Origin: Geosiphon pyriformis uo1
Taxonomy: Eukaryota; Fungi; Glomeromycota
Direction of reading: 5' to 3'
DNA length: 64,000 nucleotides
NCBI GenBank assembly: GCA_016748015.1
Contig: JAAOMT010000786.1
Location: 437,814 to 501,813, forward strand
The notes beneath the pieces were generated by a model. The model had not been told where the DNA came from and ran no database searches. It worked only from the letters and a program-made list of their open reading frames with translations. Below are positions 38,302 through 50,110 of the stretch, piece after piece; position 1 is the stretch's first letter, and each line of letters begins with the position of its first letter. A program made the position numbers and the translations under genes.

Positions 38302-39686
38302 ATGAATTCAGAAAACTACAACAATCTTAAACAATATTTGGAAACATTAACAATCCCAACAGATTGGTCTTCAGATGAAAAACATCAACTACAACAACAA
38401 ACCAAACAATATTTTTTACACAACAACATTATTTATCATCGAAATTTCAAAAACCCAAACAAACCACTCAGATTAATACAAGAACAAAAAAAAGAGACCA
38501 TATTATACAACATGCACTCAGATCCTTCATCAGCACACTTTGGAAAAGATAGCACCACCCAAAAAACACTAGAATACTACTTTTGGTCTCAAATGAGAAA
38601 AAACATTCATGAATATATCAAATCTTGTGATAGTTGTCAAAAAAGAAAAGAAACACACCCTACTGAACCATTAAATCCAATTAAAGTTGGAAACTCTTTG
38701 ACCGAGTTGGTATTGATTTAGTCGGACCACTATCTATCACCACTTAAAAAAACCGTTATATTGCAGTAGCTGTAGACTATCTTACTAAATGGCTCGAAGC
38801 CAGAGCCATTCAATAAGCAGATGCAAAATCAGTAGCAAATTTCATCTATGAAGACATCATTTGTAGACATGGATGTCCAATTGAACTTTTATCCAATCAG
38901 GGAACACACTTTGTGAACAACCTAATACAAAAAATTTGCGAACGATTCAATGTCAAAAGACCTCTGTTTTCACCCTACCATCCACAAACAAATAGACTTG
39001 TGGAACGTTTTAACAGAACATTGTGTGAGTTATTAGCCAAAGTCTCAACCAATTTTGAGCAAGAGTGGGATATTTTTATTTCATCAGTGTTGCTAGCATA
39101 CAAAACACTAAAACAAGATACCACAAAACACACACCATTTGATTTAACTTATGGAAGGACAGCAACATTACCAATTAGTTTTACAGTAGAAACATACCCA
39201 GCACAACCAATTGATGAAAACAATTTCCAAGAAACACTTTAGTGAAGAGCCTACACTCTGCTTAGTACATTGGAAGGAAAACAATGAATAGCAGCCACCC
39301 ATATTGAACACTTCCAAGCTCGACAAAAAAAACAGCATAATGACAAATTGCCTCCAGTCACCAATAAATTTAAAATTGGAAACAAAGTTCTCTTACACAG
39401 AACTAAAGCTGAAAAACAATGGAGTGGAACATTTGAAAATAAATGGGATGGACCATTTTTTATCCATGAAGTCCTAGGCAACAGATCATACAAGCTAAGA
39501 CTTGATGACAAAATCCTAGCAAAAGTTGCACATGGAGATCGTTTGAAATACTATCATTCCAGAAACAATCCTGAACTATTAATTCCACAAATTGGTACAC
39601 ATTCTCCTTTAGTCAATCCCAAAAATATTCCCTGAAACTTAGAACCAATAGTTGTCATTGAACAACCTTCCAACCTGAACACTTAA
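38302..39686 (+). pseudogene. B2 integrase (separate ATG-initiated ORF; one frameshift, several stops)
   Basis: MNSENY..HSDPSSAHFG..CDSC; GIDLVGP, LSNQGTHF, LVERFN; KWDGPF..SYKL..HGDRLK. Confidence 0.9.
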
Positions 39687-39792
39687 ATTAATTTTACTAG
39701 TTATTTCCTTATAATTTAGAAACAATCAAAACAAAAATAACATAAAAACTCATACACCAAAAATAATTTTCTTTTATTTCAAATCTCTTATA

Positions 39793-40512
39793 ATGACTAT
39801 TCCTCAAAACATTCAACAATTATCCCAAAAACTAATGTTAGCTTTAAAAACAATACCCAAATTATCCATTACTGTTACTGGAAACCACATTAATTATATC
39901 CAAACAGAAGTAGTTACAAATTTAGCCCCAAATTCATGAAAATATCACCCATATAAGAAGAACACAAGAAGTTATTCTGGAATTCACCTGCCAGAACTTT
40001 TAAAGCTTGCTTTAAGAGAAAACCTAATGTTCACTCCAATTAGTATTCCACCAAATACTACAATTCAACAAAGACTTCAACTGTGTCTCAAGAAGGAAAA
40101 CACTGAATATCCTCCAATCTATAGATATTTCCACATTGGAAAAACACTCTATGAACGAAAACTAGAACTTACAACAGCAAACCTCACAAAAGAAGCCATT
40201 CAAAAACAACTCTACAATGAATTCAAGACAACAGCTGGATCAACAAACAGTCACTACAGACTCAGAGCTGTTCTTAGACTTTATGACCTATTCCACACCT
40301 GTGAAAATGTACTACAAAACCTAATTTTTCAACCTTTGAAGATTCAATACATTGGAAAGCTCACAGAACTGAAATTTCAACAATTTTCAGACCAAATTTC
40401 TTCAATAATTTTGGATTATTATCTGGAAATAACAGATAGTACTTGGACTTCAACAGAGCTCAGTCTTGAGAAGAAGATTATGTTACCAGACAAAATTAGA
40501 GATATTATTTAG
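39793..40512 (+). pseudogene. B2 3' extra ORF (ORF3, ~240 aa, unknown function; one internal stop)
   Basis: MTIPQNIQQLSQKLML...YRYFHIGKTLYERK...RAVLRLYDLF...IQYIGKLTELKFQQF; conserved in B1; runs through the PPT into the 3' LTR. Confidence 0.8.
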
Positions 40513-41461
40513 CATAAAATTATCTTATAATTCCTATCATTAATTAGCATATATTATTGTTTCAAATTATTACTTATTACATTAGCAAAATATCCAAAAT
40601 TATCATTTAATTAATAACCCAATTTGTACACAACACAAATGTAACCTAATTGCAATGATCAATCATACAATACCCCAAACTATGTAACATTCAAAAGTTT
40701 GCCAAAATTTGTAGAAATTCACTGAAATAATTGATAGTTCACTGAAATATCTAATAGTTCGCAGAAATAACTTGTAGTTTGCTGAAATATATCTTTAGTT
40801 CAGTAAAATTGTAGAAAATAGCAAAGTTCAAGTTCATAGAATAGTGTTATGACAAGTTGTATAAAAGAAGAGCTTCTTTTTTCAAGAAAATGTATTTTAC
40901 TTTAAATTTATCACTTAGAACCATTCTTACACACACAAAAAGAAATAAATATCAAATAATTCAAAAAACCAAATTCTTTAAATTATTGCACTTGGAAAAT
41001 CCTCAAAAACCCAACTAATGTTTTGAAATTGATTAGCTACCAATTTCAGTAAACTGTTAGTGACTCCAGGCCTGGATAGAAAACGTTTCTCTTAACAAAA
41101 TTCTATTTCTTTTACATTTCTTTTATTTTTCTTTTATTTTCTTATTACAATCATTAGGGTAGCCTACAGACAAGATTCCTGTAGAAGAGTTGACTTTTAC
41201 AGCAAAGTAACTACATATTTTTAGTGAGCTTCCAGATGAGCAATTCCTGGGAAAGAGTTGATGTTTACTACAACATAACTACATAAAAGCAACTGGTACA
41301 GAATTGGCCATTCCACTTATAAGCCCAGCAGTTCAAATTATAGGAAATAATTTGAAAGTAAATTCAGTTACTGGAGGTCCAACTACTTCCTGAAAACGTG
41401 AATTCACAGCAAATCAACATTACCAACATTTAAGAAAAGAGACCAAAAACCTCTGGTAACA
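40481..41461 (+). repeat. 3' LTR of B2
   Basis: TGTTACCAG...CTGGTAACA after the PPT; differs from the 5' LTR by indels and a divergent central block. Confidence 0.95.
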
Positions 41462-44400
41462 GTAGTAATTGGCTTTTCTTTCAGTACAGCTCCACTGAAT
41501 AATGGTGTGGTTGATGGTTCCTTGAGTTCAAATGGAAAAATGGCGTCCAAAGATTTGTTTTCTGTAATTGTGGCAGGTGGAATGTTGCTGGTAGGTGTTT
41601 GTCTGAGTTCCTGGTCATTGGGTGTGGTGTCTTCTGGAGTAACCAGAAGACTTAAATAGTTTTGGGAATTCGGGTTTTGGGATTGACCAGCACCCGAATT
41701 CCACTGGCATAATTCAGATGGCTGCTGTGAAGAACTGGGGATCAGTTGATGGACTACCATCGCCGATCTCCAGCTCTGTTGAGTTATTCTTGGTCTTTGG
41801 GTTCCGTTGGTCAGTAAGCTTTGGGATGGTGTTTGGATTTGTTGGGGTTGATAGATTATTTGTGGCTGCAGTTGTTGATAAATCACTTGTGACTATGGTT
41901 GATAAATTGGAGCTTGATACACTGGAGACTGATAGACTAATGATTGTATCACTGGTAGGTAAACGGGTTGGTTTTAATTTGGGTACTAATTCAGAGTTTG
42001 GAACTAGCGATCAGAGTTTTGATATTGATTTCCTAATTGTTGGTTATTTAAATACTGGTGACAGTCAATTTGAATATGTCCTTGTTTACCACAATAGTGG
42101 CAGATACGCGTTTCCTGTTGCCACTGTTAATTGGTTAATGAAGATGAACATGGTTGATTTTGGGCACGATTAGAGTTTCCTTGATTATTGCATTGTTGTG
42201 GAGACTGATAAATGGTGTGATTGTCAGCTAAGTATTCTTCCAATCTCTTATTGATTGATTCATTGAACTTCTCCAATTTTGAATTCAATTCAGATGATCC
42301 ATTTATTACTAGATTAACAGTTTGGACATGGTTAGCCTCTAACTCAGTGGATTCAAAATCTCTGGCACATGTAACTGCATCTTGAAGGGTACCTGGATGC
42401 AATGGATGTACATGTTGCAAGATGCTGCTGCGCAGGCCATGGATAAACTAATTGAGTATCTGTGATGCTGTAAAATAGTTGGCATTAATTGCTTGAATTT
42501 GGCATAGGTTTCGATGAAAGCATCCCAAGTAAGTGGTGACTGCTTCAGTTTTTTCTTGTTTTATGGTGGTAATTGTATTAACTAGGCGATTAATGCTGTT
42601 ATTGTTGCTGAAGTATTTTAGGAATTCTGCTTTGAAGGCATTAAAATCTTGTGGTTTATTAATCAAGCTCTGATACCATAAATTGGCAGTATTCTTGAGA
42701 AAGTAGGAAATGGCTTGCATTGCTCGAGCATTATTCCATCCGTTGGCTGTGATGGCCTTTTCTACATCATTTAGTCATACTTGAGTGTCATTTTCTTTAC
42801 CAGTAAAGTTGTCAAGTTTTGCGATTGGTGTATAGGTTATTAGATCTAAGTTAGGTGGTTGTGGTGGCTGTTGAAGCAGTTGTTGTTGTACTGGTTGTTG
42901 GGATGGTAGTTGAAGTAACTACTGTATGGATTTAGCTATGGGATTAATCAGTAGTTGATTGATGATGATTACCAGAGATAAGTTTTGCTGATTAATTAAT
43001 TTGGGATTTGAATTGTTCTGTTTTTGATAATTCAGGGTTTTGATTTCCGAATTTTCTAGATCTGGATTTTGCTGAGTTTGAAAATTCGGAGTTTCAACTT
43101 CCAGGTTTTCAGTGATCGGGCGCTGGTAAGTGAATTCTTGATCCTCTGATTTTTCTTCCTTCTTTTCTGATTCTGCTGCTTCTCACAGATCAGAGATTCC
43201 GAAATCTGGTGGAAGCGGTAGTGATTGAAGTCCTGATGGAGTTGATGATCATGAATTAAATTTCTCAAAGTATTTGCTGTATGGTTCTAACAATTCTGTT
43301 TTCCTTTGTCTACTTTGGAATAGAAATTATCCAAATGCTGATGTCGCAGTTGATGGAAACATGTCTGTTGATAATATATTGATGGCGCTTTCAGGTGTAT
43401 AGTGGTAGGATGGGTTGCTTGGGGATTCAACTCTGTTTTTCTTCCAAGCAGATGGCTGTATTTTTCTGGGTATTACTGCTGGTGTTTGTAATTTTCCCTT
43501 GCCTTTACTAGCGTATGTAATTGGATATCTTTGTTGAGTGTGATGTTCAATTTCTTTGTTGATCTCAGTGATGATGGATGTGAAATTATGATTTGTTGGT
43601 AGGTTGGTGTTTTGAATTAATTTCTTATAAAAAGTTTCCTTTGCTGATTTAGTATTCACTGGTGTTCCTAATAAAGAGAAAATCTTTTTGTTGATGTAGA
43701 AATTGAAGACTGATTCAGTGGATATATAATTGTGGTTTAATCCCAAGTATTGACAATAGTGTTGAAATAAGGATTTTGTGAATCCTAAATGGTTTGCTCC
43801 TATATTTTCTGATTCTGCCACTTTTGGTTTGGTGTTGTCAGTGCTGGTTCTCTGTAGAATTATACCTCACAGGGAGCACCAAATGTTACAGGTGATTATT
43901 ACTGCAGTTGAATTGAATAACAAATCCGTAACTTGGTGCTCAAAAGCTACTTCCATTGATAATGTTCTGAAGGTGTTGTATCTGAAGGTTTTGCTGGAGT
44001 TCTTTGTATAATGGACAGAAATTCAATAGTATTGATAGTAGATGTATCTTTCCAAGAGTTTTTCCAATTTCTTTCTCAGCATGGTGGCCAGATTTAGTCT
44101 GGCAGTTGTGCTCTTCTGATAAGCTATCCAATAATATATAAAAATTCTACCCTTATTTCTGGGTTTTTTATTAGGCTATCCTTGACGTCAATAACTCAGT
44201 GCTTAATCCTTTTACTCAATTAGTAAACAACCAAAGAAAATAAAATAAAAAAAATAAAAAAAAATAAAGAAAGAAAAGAAATAAGCCCAGGCAGTTTGGC
44301 AGATTAGTATTCTGTCAATAGCCATGATCAAAAGCTATTGTTCCAGTATGGTTAAGTATCAATTACTATCAACATGAAGTGTTAATAGTGGAGAGTGGAT

Positions 44401-44745
44401 TGAGATATGGAATAATTATTTATTTGATGATTTTGTTTCTTGGCTAAGGATTCTGTGGTATTGATTCTGTCTTTTCTGTTTCTAACACTACCACTATATA
44501 TACATAATTGGAATTCCTCAATTCCTCGATTATTCACAACAGGAATTCTGAAATTCTTGGAATCCTGCGATTCCTTTGAGAGGAATCCTGAAATTCTGGA
44601 ATCCTGCAATTCCTCATTGGGAAATTCTGAAATTCCTGGAATCCTGCAATTTCTGAGAGAAATTCTGGAATTCCATATTTACTATGCTTACTTCTGATTG
44701 GCTAATAATTATGCTAATATATTTCCTATATTTCTATAAGTAACA
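41462..44745 (-). mobile_element. Ty3/Gypsy copy A3 (same subfamily as A1), truncated at the start of protease by the B2 3' LTR
   Basis: 5' LTR 43884-44745, intact PBS, MAESENIGANHLGF ORF, gag fragments 42127-42720, ends at ..KEKPITT. Confidence 0.92.
43884..44745 (-). repeat. 5' LTR of A3
   Basis: Homologous to 9745-10612; termini TGTTAC/GTAACA. Confidence 0.93.
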
Positions 44746-45609
44746 CTATAATCCAGTTATGTATATTCATAATAGAAGTACAGCTATTTGTTTTAATAGT
44801 AAAGAATCAAGAAATAGTGCCATTGGTTCTCTGCTGGTATTTAAGAATGTGAATTTATGTTGAGCTGGTCTTTCTCTGGCCTGATGTGCCAAATGTTAAT
44901 AATTTGATTATGTTTCTAATAAGTGTTCAACTGGTGAGAACTTAGATAACTGTACAAAGAAAACTTTTAGTTCTCAAAATTGTGTTTGTTTGATAAATAT
45001 ATATAAAAAAAAGTGGGCTCCAGTAATCCATTCAGTTTCTTTTGGTGACAAGACATAGGCTTAGGTAGTCTTACCTGCTGCCTCCCCTAATAATATTGGT
45101 TTTAAATTTGGTCCTCAATTTCCTGTTTCTGGTGTCTCAAATAAAAAAAAATGTGTTGGTTTTTGATAATGTTTTGTTAATTGGTAATTATTTAGCTTTT
45201 TTGAAACATTTTTTGGAGTTTTTGGCTAATTAGGTTTTAAATATTGTAAAAAAATTAAGTATGATTGACTTGGTGCCTTTGGCATCTGTTTTACAACCTC
45301 TTTCTTTTACTGTGGTTGCATTTTTGGATGTGAATTTGGATATAGATATGGCTTTGAATAATTTACAGGTTTCTTTCATTCTTTCTTCTTTGGTTGTAAG
45401 TGTTAATATTATGAAATTGGATTTAAGCAGCTCTAAAGTCTTAATCATTAAGATGAGTGGTTTGAAATCGAAAATGATTGCTTTTAAAATTTCAGTCAGT
45501 TTAGTATTGGCAAAATTGAATTTGTTGTGTGCTGGCTTAGTTTTTTTGGTAAACTCCTTCTCCCAATGAGTGATTTAATCTAAAAGATAGTTATGTGCAA
45601 TGTTTATGA
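44746..45609 (+). mobile_element. Decayed LINE fragment: ORF1 C-terminal half plus first codons of ORF2 (APE endonuclease)
   Basis: Decayed knuckle (CAKC....C ~44885-44930), coiled-coil end, ORF1 stop overlapping ORF2 start (ATGA 45566-45569), then MSDLI*KIVMCNV resembling the APE motif I (KIATxNV). Confidence 0.65.
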
Positions 45610-47422
45610 TATTATTGGAGGTTTTTGGTCTCTTTTTTTGAATATTGTTAATGTCTGTTTGTTGTAAATTCATGTTTTCTAGAAGTAGTTAAACCTCCAA
45701 TAACTGAATTTATTTTCAAATTATTTTTTATAATTTGAACTGCTAGGCTTATAAGTGAAATGGCCAATTCCTTGCCAGTGTTACAAATGATTATTTGGAG
45801 TCTCAAATCAAGTAACAAACCCATAACTTAGTGCTCAGAAACTATTTGTAATTATGGTGATCTGAAGGTATTGTTATCTGAAGGTTTTGGTTGAGTCTTT
45901 TGTATAATGAACAGAAATTTAATAGTTGTTTATCCATAGCTTCCCAGAATCGCAATTCTGTCAATTTTTTTTTTCAGCTTGATGGCCAGTACTCCTCTGG
46001 TAAGTAATCCATAATTTTTTTATGTGCTCTACTCACTTGTAGGAGTCTTTTACCAGACAATTTTTGATGTTGATAACTCAGTGCTTTAATTTTTTAATCA
46101 ATTAATACACAACAAAAGAAATAACAAAAAAGAAAATAAAAGAAATAAAAAAAAATAAAAAAATAAGCCAAGACAATAAAAATTAGTATTTTGTCAATAG
46201 CCATAATCAAGAGCTATTATTCCAGTATGATTAAGTATTAATTACTATCAACATAAAGTGTTAATAGTGGAGAGTAGATTGAGATAGTGAATAATTATTT
46301 ATTAATATTTGTAAATGGGAGATTGCTTAAACTAAATCTAAATTGAGAGATTTCTAACTAAAAAATTTTGTCTTTTCTATTTCTAATACTACTGCTATAT
46401 ATACATAATTAAGATTCCTCAATTCCTCAATTTTTTATATCAGGAATCCTGGAATTCTTAGAATCCTGCAATTTCTTTTGAGAGAAATCCTGGAATTCTG
46501 AAATCTTGCAATTCTTTGTACAAGAATCCTAAGATTTCTGGAATCTTGCAATTCTTCTTGAAAAGAATCCTGGAATTTCTTATTTACTATGGCTATTTCT
46601 GATTGGCTAATTTATGTGCTAATATATTTCTTATATTTTTATGAGTAATACCATTTACTTTATGTAGTAAATATCAACTCTTTCTTAGAAATTACTCATC
46701 TGGAAGCTTACTAAAATATGTAATTACTTTGCTGTAAAAGTTAATTTTTCTACAGGAATCTTGTCTGTAGGCTATTCTAATAATTATAATAAAAAAAATG
46801 TAAAAAAAATAGAATTCTAACAAGAAAAACGTTTTTTATTCAGATCTGGAGTCACTAACAAATTACTGAAATTAGTAGCTAATCAATTTCAAAATGTTAG
46901 TTGTGTTGGGGGAATTTCAAGTGCAATAATCACAGGATTGAGTTTTTGAATATTTAATTTTTATTTAAATGTGTAAAAAATGATTTGTTTTAATTAAGAT
47001 ATTTAAAGTAAGATACTATAATAAAATACTATAAAAAGATCATTTTCTTAAAGAGAAAAGCTTTTTTTTATATAACTTGTTGTAATACTAGTCTTTGAAC
47101 TTGCACTTTTTTTTTGCTTTAATTTTGGTAAACTAAAAATATATTTTGGTAAACTACAAGTTATTTCTACAAACTATTGATTATTTTGGCCAATTTTCAT
47201 CAATTTCGGCGAATTTTGACTATATTAAATGGTTCAAAGTATTGTGTAATTTAATTATCTTAATTTCTATGATACAAATCAGGTTATTAATTGAGTAATG
47301 ATATTTGATAATTTGATTAAATAATAAGTGATAATCGAAATGATAATAATATATGCTAATTAATAATAGGAATTATAAGAGTAATTTTATGCTAATTAAT
47401 AACTAAAATTCTACTGGTAACA
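45610..47422 (-). mobile_element. Family B solitary LTR, interrupted by a family A solo LTR; flanks unrelated
   Basis: Reverse complement of the B1 LTR from 45610 (decayed TATTATTGGAGGTTTTTGGTC) to CTGGTAACA at 47422. Confidence 0.88.
45779..46650 (-). mobile_element. Family A solo LTR with 4-bp TSD
   Basis: TGTTACA...GAGTAATA, A2-like sequence; flanks CCAG/CCAT; the B-LTR sequence rejoins across it. Confidence 0.9.
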
Positions 47423-49356
47423 ATGTGTTAAAAGTTTGTGACTTGTTAATTAAACTTTAATACCACAAGTTAGTAGTATTTTATAAGAAGTAAAAAATGA
47501 CTTGAAGAGCTCTAACATTATTTCAGTTATTGGCTGTAATTGCTTTGACTATGTTATTTAACTATGCTTGAACATTATTCTCTTTACCAGTAAATTTTTC
47601 TAATTTGGCAATATGTGTGTATGTTATTGGTATAAGTTGTTGTTATTGAGATTGTTGTTAAGATTGTTGTTGTTATGCAGTAATTGATACAACTGGTGGA
47701 TTAATCTTGATAATTAAAAGTAAGTTTTGCTGAAAAATAGGAGTGGATTTGAATTGTTTGAATTTTGTAAAGTTTAAACAATTGGAGTTTGAATTTCTGA
47801 GTTATTTGGAATTAGATTTTAATTATTATTTCTCTAATTGCTGTTTTCTTTTTTTTTTGATTTAGTGTTTTTTCAATAACTGGTAAATCCGAAATTTGGT
47901 TAAGGTGACAGTAATTGAAATTCTAATAATATTGTTGGTTATGCTTTAAATTTTTCACAAAAATTACTGTAGATTTTTAATAATTTGGTTTTTTCTTAAT
48001 TATTTTATAATAGTACTCTAGATAATAGTGTTTTTACAATTAATAATAATATAGATCTGAATAGTATGTGTATAGTACTTTATAGTATATGATAATATAA
48101 TAGGTAAATAAATAAAACAACTTTTGATTTCTTCTAAGTAGATGGTTGTATTTTCTTTGGTGTTTTTGTTTGAGTTTGTAATTTTTTTTTGTTTGTAAAA
48201 GTAATAAAAAATTTTTATTGTGTGTATTTTTCAATTTCTTTGTTTATTTTTGTGATTAGTAGTGCAAACAGATAGTTTAATAAAAAAATGGTGTTTTGTA
48301 ATAGTTTACTGTAGAAATTTTTAAAAATAGCTTTTGAATCTCTTTGGTTTCTTAAGTAGGATTTAATTTTTTTGTTAACATAGAAATTAAAAGCTAATTC
48401 TGCTGGCCAATAATTATTTGTTAGTTTAAGATAAGTTTGGTAATATTAAAATAAAGATTTTATGAATTTTAAATGATTTTTTTCTATGATTTTTTGGTCT
48501 GCCACTTTTCTGAATAGTTGATGTTAGTGCTGGTTTTTTGTTGGATTATATTTTACAAGAAGCATTAAATATTACAAATGATTATTTAGAGTGTTGAAAC
48601 AAATAACAAATCTGTAACTTGGTGCTTAATAGCTGAAAATATTAGTAATTTCTAAAGGTTTTTGTTGAGTTTTTTGTATAATAGACAGAGATTCAATTGA
48701 TAGTTTCTTCTGTAAATTTTTTTTTAATATAGTAGCCAGCTTATTTTGACAGTTGTGCTCTTCTGATAAGCTATTCTTAAGTTTTTTATTTTTGTTTCCA
48801 GGTTTTTTACCAGACTATTTTTGATATCAAATATTTAATGCTTAATTTTTTTAATCAATTAGTAAACAAGAAAGAAATAAAACAAAAAAAAACAAAAAAA
48901 AATAAGGAATTAATATTTCATTAATAACTATAATCAAGAACTATTAGTCTAGTATAATTAAGTATTGAATTTTATTAATATAAAATATTAATAAAGTAAA
49001 ATAGATTAATATTTCTTTAATCAAGTAATAATAATATGAATTTAATAATAATAGATAATTTTATTAATATGAAAATAATTCCACTTTAAATTATAGAAAA
49101 TTATCTTTTGAAAAAAGATATATTGTTGTTTTGAATTGAATTGGATTTTATTTATTTTATTAAATTCTCTTAGAATTACTTTTTCTGCTTTTAATACTTT
49201 TACTATATATATATAATTTATGTTATATAAGATTCCTTGAAATTTTTTAATTTCTTTAAAAAAAATTTCGAAATTCTGGAATTCTTTTTTTTACTATACT
49301 TATTTCTAATTAGTTATTTTACTTATTATTATAATTTCTAATTTTTATAAGTAACA
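47423..49356 (-). mobile_element. Heavily decayed family A copy A4 (5' LTR ~48570-49356, N-term domain and start of gag)
   Basis: LTR terminus GTAACA at 49351-49356, decayed PBS ~48552-48567, gag relic (..ANN*NNVRALQVIFYFL..WY*SLINKSQTFN). Confidence 0.8.
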
Positions 49357-50110
49357 GTATATAGCCTTGATTAATATATTAATCAGAATTTTTTTTAATA
49401 TTACAGCCTAATTTAAACACTTAGTAGATTTTCTAAGATCAATGTTTACTAGAATCTTTGCATTCTTAGTCTTATTAATAATCTGCCTTAAATTTAATTT
49501 AAAAATAAACATTTTTTTAATAATCTCAGCAAATTTTAAGAGAATAAATATCCTTTAAAATTATTAATATCTGAAAATAGTTTTTTGACTATCACATATT
49601 TTTTCTGAAATGTTATTCCAACAATCTATATCTAACTTGATATTTAAAATAAAAAACTTTTTAATAGAAAGATTAACCAAATTTTTAAGAAAAAAAAAAG
49701 CATAAAAAAGTATTCAAAAAAATATTATTATCATTACTTAAGAAATTGATTTTTTTCAATGACTTTTTCAATGCTTTTTTGGTTTTTATTTATAAATCTT
49801 TTGGTGTTTAATCAAAATTTATTTCAACAAAAGCATTACTTTTATCATAGTCAATACTGGTTTTCTTAATCAAACATTTTACTTTTATGTTAATACTATT
49901 AAATTTGGTAAAGTCACTAGTTTTTGAACTTCAGAAACAACTACTTAATTTCTTAGCAAAAACTTTTTTGTTGTCAATATTATCTTTTAAAACACTATTC
50001 ATCTGTTTTTTTGATATAATAGATTTGATATTAATATTAAAGCCAAAATTTTTAATAGATTTTTTTATGATAGTAATATTAAAGCCAATAGTGATCTTGT
50101 AATTGAGCAG
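49357..50110 (-). pseudogene. Highly decayed LINE-like ORF1 N-terminal relic
   Basis: Minus-strand translation retains ORF1-like segments (KFFILNIKLD.., ILVNIDL.., AVILKKILIN) despite AT enrichment. Confidence 0.4.

Larger units (their letters stand above)
31622..41461 (+). mobile_element. Ty3/Gypsy copy B2 (family B), structurally complete but probably a recombinant of two insertions
   Basis: LTRs 31622-32601 and 40481-41461; PBS TGGTGCTCTCCCACAG (32604); PPT ~40468-40477. Flanks CCAG and GTAG do not match and belong to different host elements. Confidence 0.92.

Noticed and set aside
39500-39686. Chromodomain at the integrase C-terminus
   Set aside because: Only a GPF/SH3-like module and a short Pro-rich tail; no YLVKW-type chromodomain motif
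39793-40512. ORF3 as an envelope glycoprotein
   Set aside because: No visible signal peptide, furin site plus fusion peptide, or transmembrane anchor
45606-47426. ATGA/ATGT as a true TSD of the family B solo LTR
   Set aside because: The two flanks belong to unrelated elements (LINE ORF2 vs family A gag), so the similarity more likely reflects target preference
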